Shown here in pieces: positions 1 through 14,531 of a stretch of DNA of 64,000 nucleotides. Source of the DNA: Amphiscolops sp. MND2022. Lineage: Eukaryota. The notes under the pieces were generated by a model. It worked only from the letters and a program-made list of their open reading frames with translations. It did not search any database and was not told the DNA's origin. The stretch lies in assembly GCA_964187785.1 (NCBI GenBank), contig OZ076409.1:7256001-7320000 (forward strand). Direction: 5' to 3'. Positions within the stretch are counted from its first letter, which is position 1. Each line of letters starts with the position of its first letter. A program made the position numbers and the translations under genes.

Positions 1-2390
1 GTATATGTTGTTAGCCTTTCGATCAATTCTACCCATTCTCTCGAAATTCACACGCGTCTGGTTTTCAACAGTCGCCTCCATGCTGAGGTTTGATGTCATT
101 TAATAGCATTGTCTACCCATGAATTTGTTTCTGGGAAACTTTTTCCGCAGTGGTAAGTCCATTTGTGATCTTTTTCGTTTCTAATTTGGAATATCCACAG
201 CAAAGATTTTTAGCCGACGACATGGAATCTAGAGCAAGCCAGCAGAGCCGATGTAGTGGTATACGCCGCAGCTAGAGTTGGAATTAATTCACGCTGTGAA
301 ATTTCCGCTGCAGTTTCTATGGAAAGCACTACGTTGTTTTCACAAAATGTCCCAATCACAAACAGTGACAATCAGCGTGAATTATTTTCATCCCTGACCG
401 CATCGTTTGAAATTTCGAATACAGACTCGTATTTGTTCACGCGTTGACGCTTTCATTCTTTGTTTACGCGTTAATGCCTGTCATTTAAACAAGCATTATC
501 GCCTGGATGGCCAGCAGAAAGGTGCCTATTCATACAGCAGAAAATGAAAATTTGGTCCCATACAGCCGAATTCAAAATACTAGCTTTTAGTGCTCTTGCA
601 GCCAATATGTTGGATTTTGATTTATTTGAAAACGTTTGCATATTTTTTGTATGGCTCGGTCGCTTCGCTCCCTTCGCCAAGTAGCAACATTGAGGCATGG
701 CCATATGGCACGTCGCTCCGCTTCGCTTCGTTCCTGCATTTAGGGCACTAGGGGTATGTGAACATAGCTGACTACGTTATAATAATAATTCCGACAAAAT
801 TTGACACGCGTTTTCAGCTTAGTGAATTCAATTCGCTTTCAAGTTTCAGCCAATCAGATTTCAACATAAAGAAATATTCTGCTGTTTGAGACCAATTTTT
901 CATTTTCTGCTGTTTGGTACTTCGGCTGTTTGGGAATTCCCCAGCAGAAATTTATAGCCTATAAATTTCACACAAATACATTGCAATTATTTGGCTAACG
1001 TTCAATCAATCAATTGTAATTGTAAAAAACCAAAAATCAATTAATTGATTGTAAAAAATTGGCAATGGAATCTGTCGAATCAATTTTTGGCAACGCCTGA
1101 GCCCACCAGTCAAGACCGCTAAAGTCTGAAGTCGCCAATCAAAGCCGACTGGGTAATTGCCAATTCTTCACCCCCATCAAAATTCTCACTCTTATTGAAC
1201 ATTATTCAGTTTTTCCTGTTGAAACAACGGATTGACAAATTTCTTCATTAAGAAATTATTTTGTTCTCAAATGCCAAAACTAGCTTGTTAAGTTACAAAA
1301 TGTCAAACCTGACCTTACCAGTGGGTTTTTGATTCATTAAACATGTTCAATTAGGTTTAGTAAGTTGTGCGCAAAGTCTGCTCGCAAAGCAAGTTTGGGT
1401 GGCGCTTTTGTCTGGTGCATTTTTCTCTGTACACGCTAGAAAATTTAATCAAAAAACTTGTTTCAGTGCGTTTCCCCTAGAATATTTGCATTTTTAATGA
1501 TTGCTATCAAAAATACGAATCCCATTTATTTTTACTAATAACCCAGTTATGTCCCATCGAATTCTCAACAGTGGACCAATGGAAATCGAACATAATGCGG
1601 TGACAACGCATTGGTGTACATCCTACGTACAGCAAGTAGACCAATGGACCTTTCCGATGTAACAATTGGAACTTTTTTAAAGGTACAAATTTCAAAAAAA
1701 TCTAACTGGTACTGGTGTTCTTGGTAGTATTTTTTTACTATCAGTCTACGCTTCAGTTGACGCTTTTGAAAACTACTTTTTTGCAACGAGCGAGACTTTC
1801 ACAGTGACACATTTTTTTCAGAGTTATTTTGGATTCCGCACCAGATCTGCGAATCGATGGCCTAGTTGTTAAAGCGTTGAAGTAAAAAGCCGAGAGACGC
1901 AGGTTCAAAACGTCTCAAATGTGGTTGTGTTTCCGAAATAAACTACCGAAAACCTGTTTCCGGATGCAACCAAATTATAGTGATAAAATCTAAATATAAC
2001 GTCAAAATACTGGATATATTTTGTAGTCGGCGCATTTCATAAGGAAACGGACCTGATTATTGCAGTGATTAGTTTTATTCGTAAGACCACCTAATGTCTA
2101 TGCGAATGGTCCACTTTACGGAGTTTTTGTTCACGCCGCCAGACAGTTAGGGTGGGCGCTTCCTAAGCAGACTGACGTTGGTTCGATGTTTGCCTAGCAC
2201 TAAATATATTTGTTTTCAAACCCTTGGCGTGTCAAAGGATCTCCGAAAAAATCTATTTCACAGCATGTTCTTCGTTCCGTTTTTCTTGTGTTTCAACTTC
2301 CAAAAAGAGGTTTTTCAAGCTTCAAACGTCCCATCGTAAGGTTTTTAGGCACTGTACGATTTTAACAACTTTTTTCATCAATTGGGGTGT

Positions 2391-2788
2391 TTTTAGTCGG
2401 CGTGTTTTCTTTTGAAAAAAACCCGACTATTACAGTGACTATGCAACAGAATGTATGCGTAGTGGACACTTGTTACAGAACTACTAAACTACTGGACCGG
2501 CAACCAGAAACGCAACCAAAAAAGGCCCCCCTTTCATTTATTCCATTTTAACGTAAGATACAAAACCGGACGAGACTATAGGGTCCCCTCTTTGAATTTT
2601 TTTCCGGCACTGTGGGACTTTTTTTCGTCTTTTTTCTGCCTCCAAGGGGTCCCCCTTCAAATTTTTTGATGCTTTGCAACAGACTGGACTTCCAAAAAAC
2701 CCAAAGGGTCCCCCTTTTTACAATTTTAAAAACTTTGCGCTTTTTGAGCCTTCGATATAGCGCGGTTTTTAGACGTTCCCGTCTCGTT
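2391..2788 (+). mobile_element. Helentron/DINE-like non-autonomous element (family A); mirror ~32250-32647
   Basis: 5' TTTTAGTCGGCG subterminal repeat with nearby inverted CCGACTA; internal GGGTCCCCC units; 3' AGACG-TTCC-CGTCT stem-loop. Confidence 0.7.
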
Positions 2789-3023
2789 TGATGTTTGCAT
2801 TTAACTTGCATCTTTAAGAAGTCCGATTTGAGCCGTTTCCGGCTTGTTTTAAATTGAACCATTATAGTTTCAAACCTGTTGTATGCAAAAGTTTGCAAAA
2901 TTGGCACCTTGTAACTTAGGAACTGCTAACTTGCTGAACACATACATGACCTCATCGCCAGTGGTTAATCTTAAAATTCCTTCTTTTTCTCCATTGGTGC
3001 TGGTTGCCGAAAGATTTTCAGAA

Positions 3024-3517
3024 AACAACACGAGAACGTCTAAAGTCGGCGCTATATTTGAGGCTCAAAAAGCGCAAAACATTTTTATTGGGAAAAAAAT
3101 TTGAAATTTATGAAATTTTTTCTTTCGAAAAATGTCGCATAGTGTCGAAAAATGTAGAAGAGGGACACTTTTGGATTTTTTAACATAAATTTTGATGCAA
3201 AATATCAAAAAACTCGAAGGGTGGACCCATTGGGGACACTAAAAAATTTTCGATAAAAAATTGCACAGAGCCGGAAAAATTCAAAGGGGGGACCTTTAGG
3301 TACGTCCGGTTTTGTAGGTTTCCTTGAAAAAGTAAAAAATGAAAGAGGGGACCCTTTGGACTAAGTTTGCATCGGCCGGACTTGGCCTTAGGTGGTTTCA
3401 GGAATTTTTCTAAATAAAAAGTGGACCGATCAGTGTGAGGATTGTAGTCTGAAGAAAAAAAAGGTCACTGCTATAGTCGGACATTTTTCCTTAAAAGGAA
3501 AAGGCGCCGACTAAAAA
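3024..3517 (-). mobile_element. Helentron-like family A copy; mirror ~31543-32013
   Basis: Same termini in reverse orientation. Confidence 0.7.
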
Positions 3518-5134
3518 CACTGAACATAATTTGATTTCCATCAAATGTTTTTTGTAAACGTATCCCTGCCTGGCTTCAAACTTGGGGCTTTCTAAATTTT
3601 GCATTGACGTTAGTAAAAATATTTTTTTTTCTGTTTGCAGGCAAGGAAGCAACTGGTACCGAAAGAAACTCAAACTCCAGTAAGTAATTGGGATCATAGT
3701 CCTTCTTCAATTAATCTATCTTCAGTCACTTTTAATTTTTTTGATAAAAAACCTCTTTTTTATACGGAGTTTTTTCAGTTCCTGAAAAATGTTGAGCAAT
3801 TTTTTGTTTCAGCTGGAGGTGAAGCAGAAAACTTCTCTGTCTGGAATTATGACTGGCACACGCTTTGAGCTCCCGATTGACTACAAAACCCTCGAAAGTA
3901 ATCCAGTTTTATTTTCAACTTGGTTCTTTGATACAAAAAAAATTTTGAGTTCCAATCTGTTTGAGTTTCATATTCGCTATCCTCCCAATTTTGATGATGT
4001 GAACTTAGCTTGAACTTACTTCACTCAGTGAATATTTATGTTGTAATCTGACTGGCTGAAATTTGGAATTGCATTGAATTACTATGCTGAAAACGCGTGT
4101 CTGATTTTGTCGGAATTATTAGGAGTCGGAAAAATTTTCGACTACTTATGCAATAGTGTCGATTTTTTCTCCCGACCTTTCAATGAAAATTCAAATTTCT
4201 CATGAACTGTTCATACGATTTTCTATAATATTTAGCTCCATATGATTCGAACGAAATTTTCTACAGTCATTCTGCACCATATTAGAGATATTTTGCTTGG
4301 ATTAATACGTGTCGCACCAAAAAACATCAGCAAAAAACCAAATCGATTAGTTCGACCCATTATGGTAAGCAGCTGCACCAAAAAATCCAGAATAGATTCA
4401 TAGAATAATTTTCTCACCGCACTATCCGTATTTATAATTGCTGTCAAATTTCCTTTTTATTTTGTTTAAAGGAAAAAGGATCCTTTAAAGGAAAATCTTT
4501 TTAAAGGATCGATGTTTAAAGGAAAATAAAAAGGGACATCACTGACTTCGCTGATATTGTTCTTGAAATGTTTCCGATAACTCTCACCCAAATACTAAGC
4601 GCATTGTTTCGTAGGCCCAAAGTGAAATACCCTGTCCATTGAAAGCATGAAACTGATGAAATGGTCGAATTTTAGGAAAATATCCAATTTTTGGGTTCAC
4701 TTCTGGATTATTTCAGCCATGACACCCTGCCAGTATCTGGAAAACAGGTGTATGGTCAGCCAGAATCATCTTGATAGCTTCACTAGTCTCATCAGAGGGA
4801 CAAAACTCAAGTCTTTTCCGATCGAAGCACAAGTTAGTTAACTAATTTTCTCAATCCATAGAATAATTGGATAATTTTTTCTGATTACTATGTATCTGTT
4901 AACATAGGAAAAGTTATATTATGCCAAGTATTCCGTGGTTTTTTTTTCAAATTATTTATAACAACAATTTTTCACCTTAAACAGTTTTTCAACTGTTTAA
5001 TTTTTTTTCATTTTCAAAAAACTTTAAAGATTGTCAAACTTATAAAACACTTCCCTAGAAAAAACCTAAACAAAATCCTGAATATGTTCTCGAATTTCGA
5101 GGTGGTATTTTTCTGTATTTTTGCGCAACTTTTC

Positions 5135-5547
5135 GGATTCGGAAAAAACTTTCGACTACTCATGCAATCGTGTCGTTTTTTTCTCCCGACCTTTCAATGA
5201 TAATTTCAACTTTCTCAAACTGTCTATACGATTTTAATAAAATTTTGCACAGTCATTCTACACCCAAAGGGGCCCCTGTGTGCACAATGAAATCAAGTTC
5301 GTATGACTGGGATCTGAGAAAGATAGCAAAAGTTAGCCCAAAAATGGCCAAAAAACAACCATTTTTCGACTTTTTTTTCGATTTTCTCAAAACTCTCCAT
5401 TCGATTCGAACGAAATTTTCGACAGTCGTTCAGCATCATAATATGGTCCTATATGTGCAATTTCAATAAATTGGTATGACTGGGATTCGACCAAGTCAGA
5501 AGGAAAAAGACCTAGGCGACTCCTTTACCGCATATGAGGCTCTGGTT
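5135..5547 (+). repeat. Interspersed repeat family B (other copies ~4120-4300, ~8145-8445 and their mirrors)
   Basis: Shared CACAGTCATTCTACACCCAAAGGGGCCCCTG core and terminal GACTCC...CCGCATATGCGG hairpin. Confidence 0.65.
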
Positions 5548-6290
5548 TAATCTACTTTTCACAATTTTTTCAGAAATTTTTGTTAGTTTTTTATGCAAAT
5601 GCTTCATCATCATTTTTCCAAATGATCAAGTTCACAATACAGTAGGCAGTCGTTCTGTTGACTCCCAAAACTGGGTCAATTGAATAAAATCTTCACCAGT
5701 GAAAAAAAAGATGCGTCAAAACCCACTAGAAAAAAAAGATGCGTGAAAAAGAAGTTTTTTGTTCAGAAACATGATTGACTTACTTCATATGAGCTTCTCT
5801 GGGTCTTTTTTGTCATTTAATGACACTTTTTGGTATCTGTCTCCGGGCATTTCAAGATTTGATTTTTTTTTCGAGTGACTACGACTTGCTACGGAAATGA
5901 CGAATTTGAAGTGATTTGTCAAACTCTAATGTGAGCAACCGTTGAAAAAATCCGCGTTGATTTAGAAAGTTTTCACGTTGAACTTGAATTTTCTTGTGTT
6001 GAACTTGAATGTGAGAATGTTGAATTTGATTTGCAAGAGGTATATTTTCTTCTATAAGCACTCTCTGTTTAGCATTTGCAGACATTGATGGAGATTGTGT
6101 ATTTGGGCAAGAAAGGTTCTGTGCAGCTCCCAGAGCCCAATTTGATCGAAAACGTACTTCAGTTCGTTCACGCGCCCAAAGAGGAGGGTGAAATAGTCAC
6201 TCTGAACCTGTTTGCCGCAATATGTGCACTCATGGATCGATTGATTTTCGAAGGCACCACTCAGTGAGTATGAAATTTTGGCAGTCCTCA

Positions 6291-6811
6291 CCCAGTGTAA
6301 AAACTCTTGCAACTCTTGATAAGAATCTTGGATGTTCCTGAATTTCTTGGTAAGAATCTTGCCAAGATTCTTACCAAGAAATCCACGAATTTGCAAGATC
6401 TTGCAAGATCGTGCCAAGAAATGAACTAACAAAAGTGAATGAAAACAAACAAAAACCGACGCCAACTGCAGCTTGATCAGCGTACCTCTTATGCCGCAGC
6501 TTTTCGCGCTACCAACCAAGCTATCACGTTCTGAAATTCACTACTTTGTGTTGTCCTATATTCAATACTTCAAAGAATGATAGTGTAGCTGTAGTGCGAA
6601 CAACAACAAAATACTTGTAAACAAAATTGATGTTTGTTTTACAACTTCTTGACACTCTTGATAAGACTCTTACCAAGAATACTATCAAGAAATTCAAGAG
6701 GTTTGTGTGAAGCAAGAATAAACAAGATCTTATCAAGAGTTTCAAGAGTAAACGGGAATATGTAAGAATATGCAAGATCTTGGCAAGAGTTCCAAGAGTT
6801 TTTTCACTGGG
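6291..6811. mobile_element. CMC/CACTA(EnSpm)-type MITE, left arm only
   Basis: TIRs CCCAGTGTAAAAACTCTTG...CAAGAGTTTTTTCACTGGG, 2-bp TSD CA, many subterminal TCTTG/CAAGA repeats; absent at the mirrored site (~28775). Confidence 0.85.
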
Positions 6812-9800
6812 CACACCTTGATTTCGAAAATTAGTTTTCCCCAATTCACTTGAAATGTACTGCACATGACCGGGGTATAATTCTGTAATTTTGTCCAAAA
6901 AATACAGAAGTGTCATTGAAGATTATGACTCTGGTACCTGTTGATGACCAGAACTATATAAAAGTTAAACTTTTGAGAAAAAGAACCGTTATTCAAACCT
7001 TCAAATCTCTACCGATTGCAACACATTTATTTATAGGGGACATATAATTAGGGAATCACAACTTGCAGTTATGAAATAAACCAATATTTCGAAGACTTTG
7101 ATGTGGAATGTAAAAATATGCCAATGAATAAATAAACCCAGAACGCAGAGCTACATTATGTCACTGTAAATGGCAAAAATTGGCCAATGAAATTCTATTT
7201 ACTTCACGTTTTCAGATAACTAACAGAGACGGGTCATTTAAAAGCATTTCCACGCTTTTTAGACAAGGCTTTATAAAAAAATTTTCATCGAATTAAAAAC
7301 CAGGATATCGTTGTGGTTAGGGCTTACTATTGCAAAGTATGAGGCTCTCGGATGATTAATCTTTCGTAAAAAGTCAAGTAGTTAGCTGTGCTTTGAGGTT
7401 ATAAACAAAATTGATGTCTTGATAATATATTGATGGGGTCGCCGACTTATGTCGTTTCTATGAAACATTTTATTGGTCTCAAAATGCCGAAAAATCTCAA
7501 AAGTGACTTTTTAGTTGTGAACATTGTAACATAACTCTCAGAAAATTCTCCAAAAATTTTCCACTATTTTATGACCTTACAGTTCTAATGATTTTCATTT
7601 CGTTGCAGAAGATACAAAAAACTGGGACTCACGGGAAAATTCCAAGCCGAGCACCCTAAAGATTACATCGAAGTGGCAGATTTTTCCGGCGTGGAGAGTA
7701 AATTAGAAAAATTCAAAATTTCTCCTCAATTAGTCAAACTACTGATGTTGATTAAAAACCCCGGCGTCCATTGTCCTTTCCCGCTGATGGAAGAAATTCC
7801 CCAGAATTACACGTTTAACGACCTTTACAATGATTATCACGTGGTCTGTTTGCTGCCTTCCCGGACCAAAGAAGACCCAAAAGCGATAAAAGGAGTATCC
7901 ATGATTTCCCGGAAAGATACCCTTGGAAAATACTTTGGAAGCTAACGAACTAAAAATGTCACGCCTTGATTGATTGATTTCACAAATAAATTCTATTTTG
8001 ATGTGAACTAATTCATCATCCCACAACGACTAAATGTTTTCAAATTTCAGTTGATCTAAACCAAAAAGTAACAACAGATTAGATTTTTTGCTCTACCATT
8101 GAATTAAAATTTTACCATTGAAATAAAATTTTTACTATATGCACCCAGATCCGCATGCATGTGTGGTATAAAGGAGTCGGAAACGGATTGAAACATTGAA
8201 AAAACAAATTACGTACTTTACTGTCATTTGGTCATATTTGGACTAATTTTAGCTGTTTCTCAGATCCCAGTCACACGATTTTGATGTCATTGTGCACGCA
8301 GGGGCCCCTTTGGGTGTAGAATGACTGTGCTAAATTTTATCGAAATTGTATGGACAGTTTTCGAGAAATTTGAAATTTTCCTTGAAAGGTCTGGAGAAAA
8401 AGGCACGACTGCATAAGTCGTCGAAAATTGTTTCCAACTCCTGAAATCTGATCTGCTTGTTACAACAGGATCTCAAAAACCATTGTTGAAAACTGAACTT
8501 GAATACATAATGAAACCTGTCTCGCTACAAGTATTAGTTTAACGGAAATCTTGAAAGGCATGCTTTTTGTATTACCATTCTTAGTACGAATCGTAGCATC
8601 ACTGATATCTAACCTATCTGACAGTTGCTGCACGAATCTTTCAAGTGTCATCGATTTCGTATAACTATCATTACGATACATATGCCGCAACGAAGTAGCA
8701 AGATCTTGCTAGTTCGATTAACAGCCAATAAAAACGCGTTATTGGTTCAAAGACGCGTTACGTGTTTTGCTTGTTACACTGTGTGATTTGGCGTTACGCG
8801 TAGTGATCATCATACAGTAAATGACTACTTTACGCAATCACGCTGTATGTTTACCATGATGATATGACGATTGAGACAATCCCGAGGAATGTTATTCGAA
8901 CGAAAATTTGGCAATGCGGTGTGGATCAACTTGGTTTTTTTTAGTTAATTAAAGTCAAAATCTCTGAACTGCTAGTTCCACTGATTCACTACAAGACTGA
9001 ACTGATAAGATTACAATTTCCACTCTGAACAATATTCTAGCCTAATATCTAAGCAATAAGGCGCCCCTTAAGCACCGGGATATATCCCGGTAAAAATGTT
9101 ACTCATCAGCACGGGTTCGATCCAACGGGAGGCGGAAATATCGCCGTCGGAAATTTCGTCGTCGGAAATTTCGTCGTATCGATAAAAATTAACAGCGTTC
9201 GCGAAAAGAGCTTATTTGAATTATTCAATTATTCAATTATTAAAATAGAGATCTTAACAAGTTTAATTTTGACACCAAAACTGAGTCAAAGAGTTAATTG
9301 CATTCAATCAATTCATCAAGACGCTTCTCGAGCAATGGTATATTTTCAGTCCTGAACCATTGTACCGATGTATGGTGATTCACACCATACAAGCCATTTT
9401 AATTTATGACGGAGAAAATTTGCATTGTATTCGGAGCTTTACTATACAATTTAGGCTTGTCCCGGAGGTGAATTTTTGCTTTTTTTGTCAAAAAAATATC
9501 GAAAATTCCGGGGAATTTTTGCTTCAAGTGTCGAAACAAAATCGTGTTGGGAGGGGGTTAAGAAACATTGTGTATCTGCGGTGGGAGCGATGAGAAAGAT
9601 GGTCCGAAACTTTTTCTGTATCATTACTAAAAGTCAATAATAGCAATAATTGCACAATTACCGATAACTATTTAGGCAGACGCACTACCAATTGAGCCAT
9701 TGTACCTCAAATAGCAACTAGTATGGAGAATATGGAGCTTCGGCATATTTTGGAAAAAAAACGCAACACAGATTATAATTTTCCTCCCCTACACAATAAT

Positions 9801-10544
9801 TTGTGGGGGCGGAAAATAATAAGGGTCAAAGGGTCTTCCCGTTCAATTTTCCTCATTTTCACGTGATGTACGAAACTGAAACAGTAAAGAGTTCCCCTTT
9901 GTGTTTGTGGCAAAATTTTTTTTTTAATTTTTTGTATTCCAAAACGTTAAAAAATTCTCTGAACAAAAACAAATGTTTGCGCTTTATAAACAATTTGTGG
10001 TGAGGATGCTCTAAAGCAGCGTTTCAAGGAAACGTAGTAAAATCCTAACTTCCAGCTGAATGAAAAGGAGCGCCGATTTTTAACGATCAACTGAGTTTAT
10101 GATTTTGAACAAAAAGTTTCAAACAAGACGAACGTCCTAAGGCAGCGCCCCGCTCCAGATTCAAAACCGCCAAGTTTTTTAAATCTGCAAACACTTTTCT
10201 CTGAAAATTCTAGGACAAATGACAAAGTTATTTTTGTACAATAAGGATTTATATAATTTTTTGGGCTGAAAAAGCCTTTCTCTTGGCTCAAAACTTCAAA
10301 ACATTTAAACGCCAAAAACATCCAAACGGAAGACCCTTTTCTTCATCGTAATATCCTCATTTATGTGAACATTTAAAAATTTCAAAAGGTGAACCACAGG
10401 CTCTTTGGCTAGACAATTGTAAAAAAGACATTTCCGAGTAAAATCAGGCATCTCACAAAAGACTTGCACAGTATGAGTTGGGCACTCTTTCCTATGGAAA
10501 AGCGCAAGACTTGAGTTCTCGAAACTCACTGACATACCCACTGA

Positions 10545-11010
10545 TTTTGCAGTGCCAAGTATCTTGAAACTCTTGCCAAGAACTTTCATATTCTTGCACA
10601 CTCTTAAAAAAAACTTGATAAGATCTTGTTCAATGTTGCTTCACACAAACATTTCGAAGTTGCTAAAAGCAATCTTAGTGAGAATTTTATCAAGCGTCTC
10701 AAGAAAATAAATAAAACAAACTCGTAAAACAAACATTGTTCGCATTACCAGCTTCACTCTAATTCTTTGAAGTGGTGGTTATTTTGCAACACAAAGTATT
10801 GATTTCAGGATATGATTGCTTGGTGGGTAGCATGAGCGGCTGTGGCATAGGCCTATAATAGGTCCGACACTTAGCCGCAGTTGGCGACAGTTTTTGTTTC
10901 TTTTCATTCGCATATGTTAGCTCTTCTCTCGAATTTCTTGGCCAGGTCCTGCAAGATCCTATATATTCTTCGCGCTCTTTCTTATCAAGGTTTCCACTTA
11001 AATGCAAGAG
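10545..11010. mobile_element. Degenerate relative of the 6291-6811 MITE (mirror ~24600-25025)
   Basis: Shared TCTTG/CAAGA repeats and similar internal sequence in the opposite orientation; termini decayed. Confidence 0.55.
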
Positions 11011-11525
11011 TCTTTTGGAGAATTCCGATGATTTTGCATTTCACTGCATTCATTGCAGATACACTGCGTTCACTCTTGCATTTTTGCTTCGGACAAAACT
11101 TTTATTATACTTCGGATCGAAATTTGGGAAACTTTTGTTGCGGAGACTTTTTGTCTAATAAAAACATGAAAATTCATTCCGCATCGGAATTTCGCTTCGT
11201 GAACAGTTTCTTTACCTTTGTGGTATCCTAGTGGAGCTATCAATGAAAAATTGTTTTTTTTTCAATATTTTTAAATCATTTGAAACTTTTGGACGTGGGG
11301 TGAAAAAAGGTTTTTCGGGAAAACATTCCACCATGAAAACGAACCTACATTATAAAATCTGTTTCAGGAAACTAAATGCATCCTTTAGAAAACGACAACT
11401 ACTGAGAATTTTGGTGGAAATGGTATTCAACAGCCTCAGATATGTGTCTTTTGTATAGTTTTGTATAAAATTATGGGCCAGTTATTCATCAAGTCATCAA
11501 ATTCCTCGTCAAGTTTCAGTTTAGT

Positions 11526-14103
11526 TTACACGATGTGATATTTTGTAGGCACAAAGGGCATTTTTGTGACGACAGCTTCGTAGGTTTTATTCCTCACTTG
11601 CACTCCGAGTTTTGTGCCAACTTTGGCCACACTCGAGTGCACGTATGCCATGGCGATGTTCTGCTTCAAGCTGGGAGAGGGACACCCACTAATTCAAGTC
11701 AGGGATGTTAGAATATCACCACTGCAAAAATAAGTATCGACTGTTTTCGGACCTCCGCCTCCTCCTTACTAAACCGCAATATAGTTCGGATATAACGTCA
11801 AAAGTTCGGATATAGCGCTGTACTCCGGATATTCCGAGGGGGACTTCAATAAAATCGAAGGGGGACCATTGGAAGACAAAAAAAATCCGGAAAAAAATCT
11901 AACAGCGTCACAGAAATTGAAAAGGGGGCCCTTAGTCTCATCCGGCTTTGTATGTTACGTTTAAAAAGTAAAAACTGAAAAGGGGGACACTTAGATGCGT
12001 TCAGTGAAAATATATGTGGAAAAATATTTTGGGAAAATTTTCAGACTTACTTGGAGCTACACAAGCATACGTACAATTACGTCTACGATATGGACAATCA
12101 ATATTGTGATTTTTAATGAAATCTACGAAAAGTGGAGTGCAATTTCTTAATATTTCAAAAACTTTTCAATACAACAATTTCAGTACAAAATTTTCAAGCA
12201 ATTATGGTCTGAGATTCAACTTAATCAAAATAAACAAGCCGGGAACGGCATAAGTCGGAGCCACATCTAAGGCTCAAAAATAGCAAAAGGACATCAAAGT
12301 CTCGAGAGGAGTTTCGAAACACTTTCGAAAAACGCAGACGACTAAACTGGCGGGCCGGTGCACGCTAGCGCGGGCCCCTGGTGCGCTAAAGGGGGACCCT
12401 TTCCGATTTTTGAACATCCATTCTGTCGCAAAACATCAAAAAATTGAAGGGGACTCATTGACAGAAAAATTTCGAAAAAGTCTCACAATTCCGAAAAAAA
12501 ACTGAAAAGGGGACACTTTAGTATTTTTCGGCATCTATTCTGCCGCGAAACATCAAAAAATTGAGGGGGGCCGTTTGGAGAAAAAATTCAAAAAGTCTCA
12601 CATTGCCAAAAAACTGAAGGGGATCCTTTGTCTCGCCCGGTATGTACAATGTATCTTACGCTGAAAAAAAGGAACAATTATTTTAGTTGAACTCCCTGAA
12701 GTGGACCATTTGCCCCCTTGAAATTTTGTAGAACCTGTAGAACAATTTTTGTAAGTTCATGTGGATTGAAAAAAGTCACCATTATAGTCGCGTTTCACTT
12801 CATGAAGCGTCGACTAAAAATCTTGATAGAAATTTAAGAGATCTTTGGGCTTCAAAAATGAAGCCGTCGCGAGAATTACTTTTGCAGTAACTACTTTTTC
12901 AGTGAAAAAGAATTTTTTTCTATCAGAAGTATCTCAAACATCCCTGGTCACAGTGCCAACTTTGGAAGACCCTCCAGCATCCAGCACTGCGGCACCCTGT
13001 CTAGCCGGAACCCCCTCCACTACCATCCCCACTCGCTTTTTCTGCACTGTGCTCTTGTCCTCGATCTGTCTCAAGATGATATCCGAGCCCGGGAACCCTC
13101 CGAGACGTCTTCGGTTTTTGCCGATCAGCCACAACAACGAAGCTTCGTTCGGAGTCGTCGTTTCGTCGATGTCGTTGCCATACAGACAAAGACCTGCCTC
13201 GAGTCGCAAACTGTCACGTGCGGCTAAACCAGCCAATCGGCATTCAGTATTTTTGTCGCTCGTCAACAGCTCGCATAACTCGGCTGCTTTGTCGTTAGCA
13301 ACTTGTATTTCGACACCGTCCTCGCCAGTGTAGCCACATCTGGTAACTCTGACGTCACCAATGCCAGCGATTGTTGTCATCCGGGTTGTCATGAAGGGCA
13401 TGGCTTTCATGTCGAAATCCACAAGTGGTTGCAATAAGTTCATCATTTTTGGACCCTGCACCGCCAGCAAAGATTTCTGGATGATTTGGACAGTAACATC
13501 TTTGCCACATTCACGGAACTCCATCTCTTGATTATGTAACAATGTCAAGTCCTTTTCTGCACATCCTGCGTTGGACACGACGTAAATGTCATCATTGGTG
13601 ATTTTGTTTATAATAAGGTCATCCACAATGGTTCCTTGTTTCGTGGTAAAAACAGTCAAACTTCCGCAATTGGGTTTCAAACCCTCAACGTCGCAAACTG
13701 TCAAACTTTCCAAAAACGGAACTGCGTCCTTGCCTTTTACGGAAGTTTGCAACATATGGGACACGTCGAAAATAACAACATCACTTCTGCAGAACAAGTG
13801 TGAGTTAAGAACCCCGTCTTTGTATTGAACTGGCATCGAATACCCGGCAAACGGGACCATTTTGCCGCCATTTTGCACGTGGTAGTCGTAAAGGGCTGTC
13901 TTTTTCAGCTTACCCGGCTCAGAAACGATGCCTCTGAAGGAAGATTTAGTAGTTTTGAAGGATGTTTGGGAACTGAGAATAGTGCAGAATCGCTCGGCAG
14001 CTTTGTTTCGGCACATTGTTTTCAGAGCCATTTTGGTGGACAGAAAGCAAGTAGGAGCCGTTCTGAGATATGACCGCGTTGACCGTGTTTGCCAACAAAA
14101 CAT
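11526..14103 (-). CDS. AMT: Second copy of AMT, 2 exons: 14103-12944 and 11688-11526
   Basis: Mirror of the 21536-24114 gene; three amino-acid differences in exon 1 in the ORF track (G/S, L/M, G/E). Confidence 0.92.
12233..12820 (-). mobile_element. Helentron-like family A copy nested in the AMT intron; mirror 22820-23407
   Basis: AACAAGCCGGGAACGGC...GTCGACTAAAAA termini. Confidence 0.7.
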
Positions 14104-14531
14104 ATCACGACTAACATTATCATGTTCTGCACATTGGCCAACTTAGCATTGGCAAACCAAAAGCCGTGGTACTGTATGGTGAACTTAAAGTTCAACATTT
14201 GATTTTGAATTTATCGTAAATACATCTTCGGCTAAATTACAATACTGCCCCCAACGGAATTAATTATGAACTTTGATATAATGCAGATAACCACTGTGGG
14301 AATATATGGCAACATGAATATTAAAGGGTGCATGGAAACATGTACGTTAAAGAATGCATGTTTCAGGAGCTAAGTGAAGTGTTCAGATATTGCAGAACTT
14401 TTGAAATTATTACGTGTTGAAATCATTAGGTGTTTGGATAGCTGTATGAAGTATCTGGATCTGAAAATAATTGTAGAAGCGTAAAATTGTAGAAAAATAA
14501 TTTTGCAGAAACCAATATCAATGCAAACATT

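Larger units (their letters stand above)
3641..7945 (+). pseudogene. Multi-exon gene of unknown product; this copy disrupted. Candidate exons 3641-3679, 3813-3897, 4615-4832, 5574-5641, 5767-5930, 6073-6263, 7609-7945
   Basis: Pyrimidine-tract AG acceptors and GT donors with compatible phases join most exons into one frame ending ...DTLGKYFGS*. In-frame TGA at 4623-4625 (TTA in the other arm). The 5767-5930 exon is not cleanly open. 5' exons not determined. Confidence 0.55.

Noticed and set aside
2548..2907. K/F-rich short ORFs with KGGP motifs (also 14616-14879, 38264-38773, 58678-58899)
   Set aside because: Spurious translations of the Helentron-like repeats.
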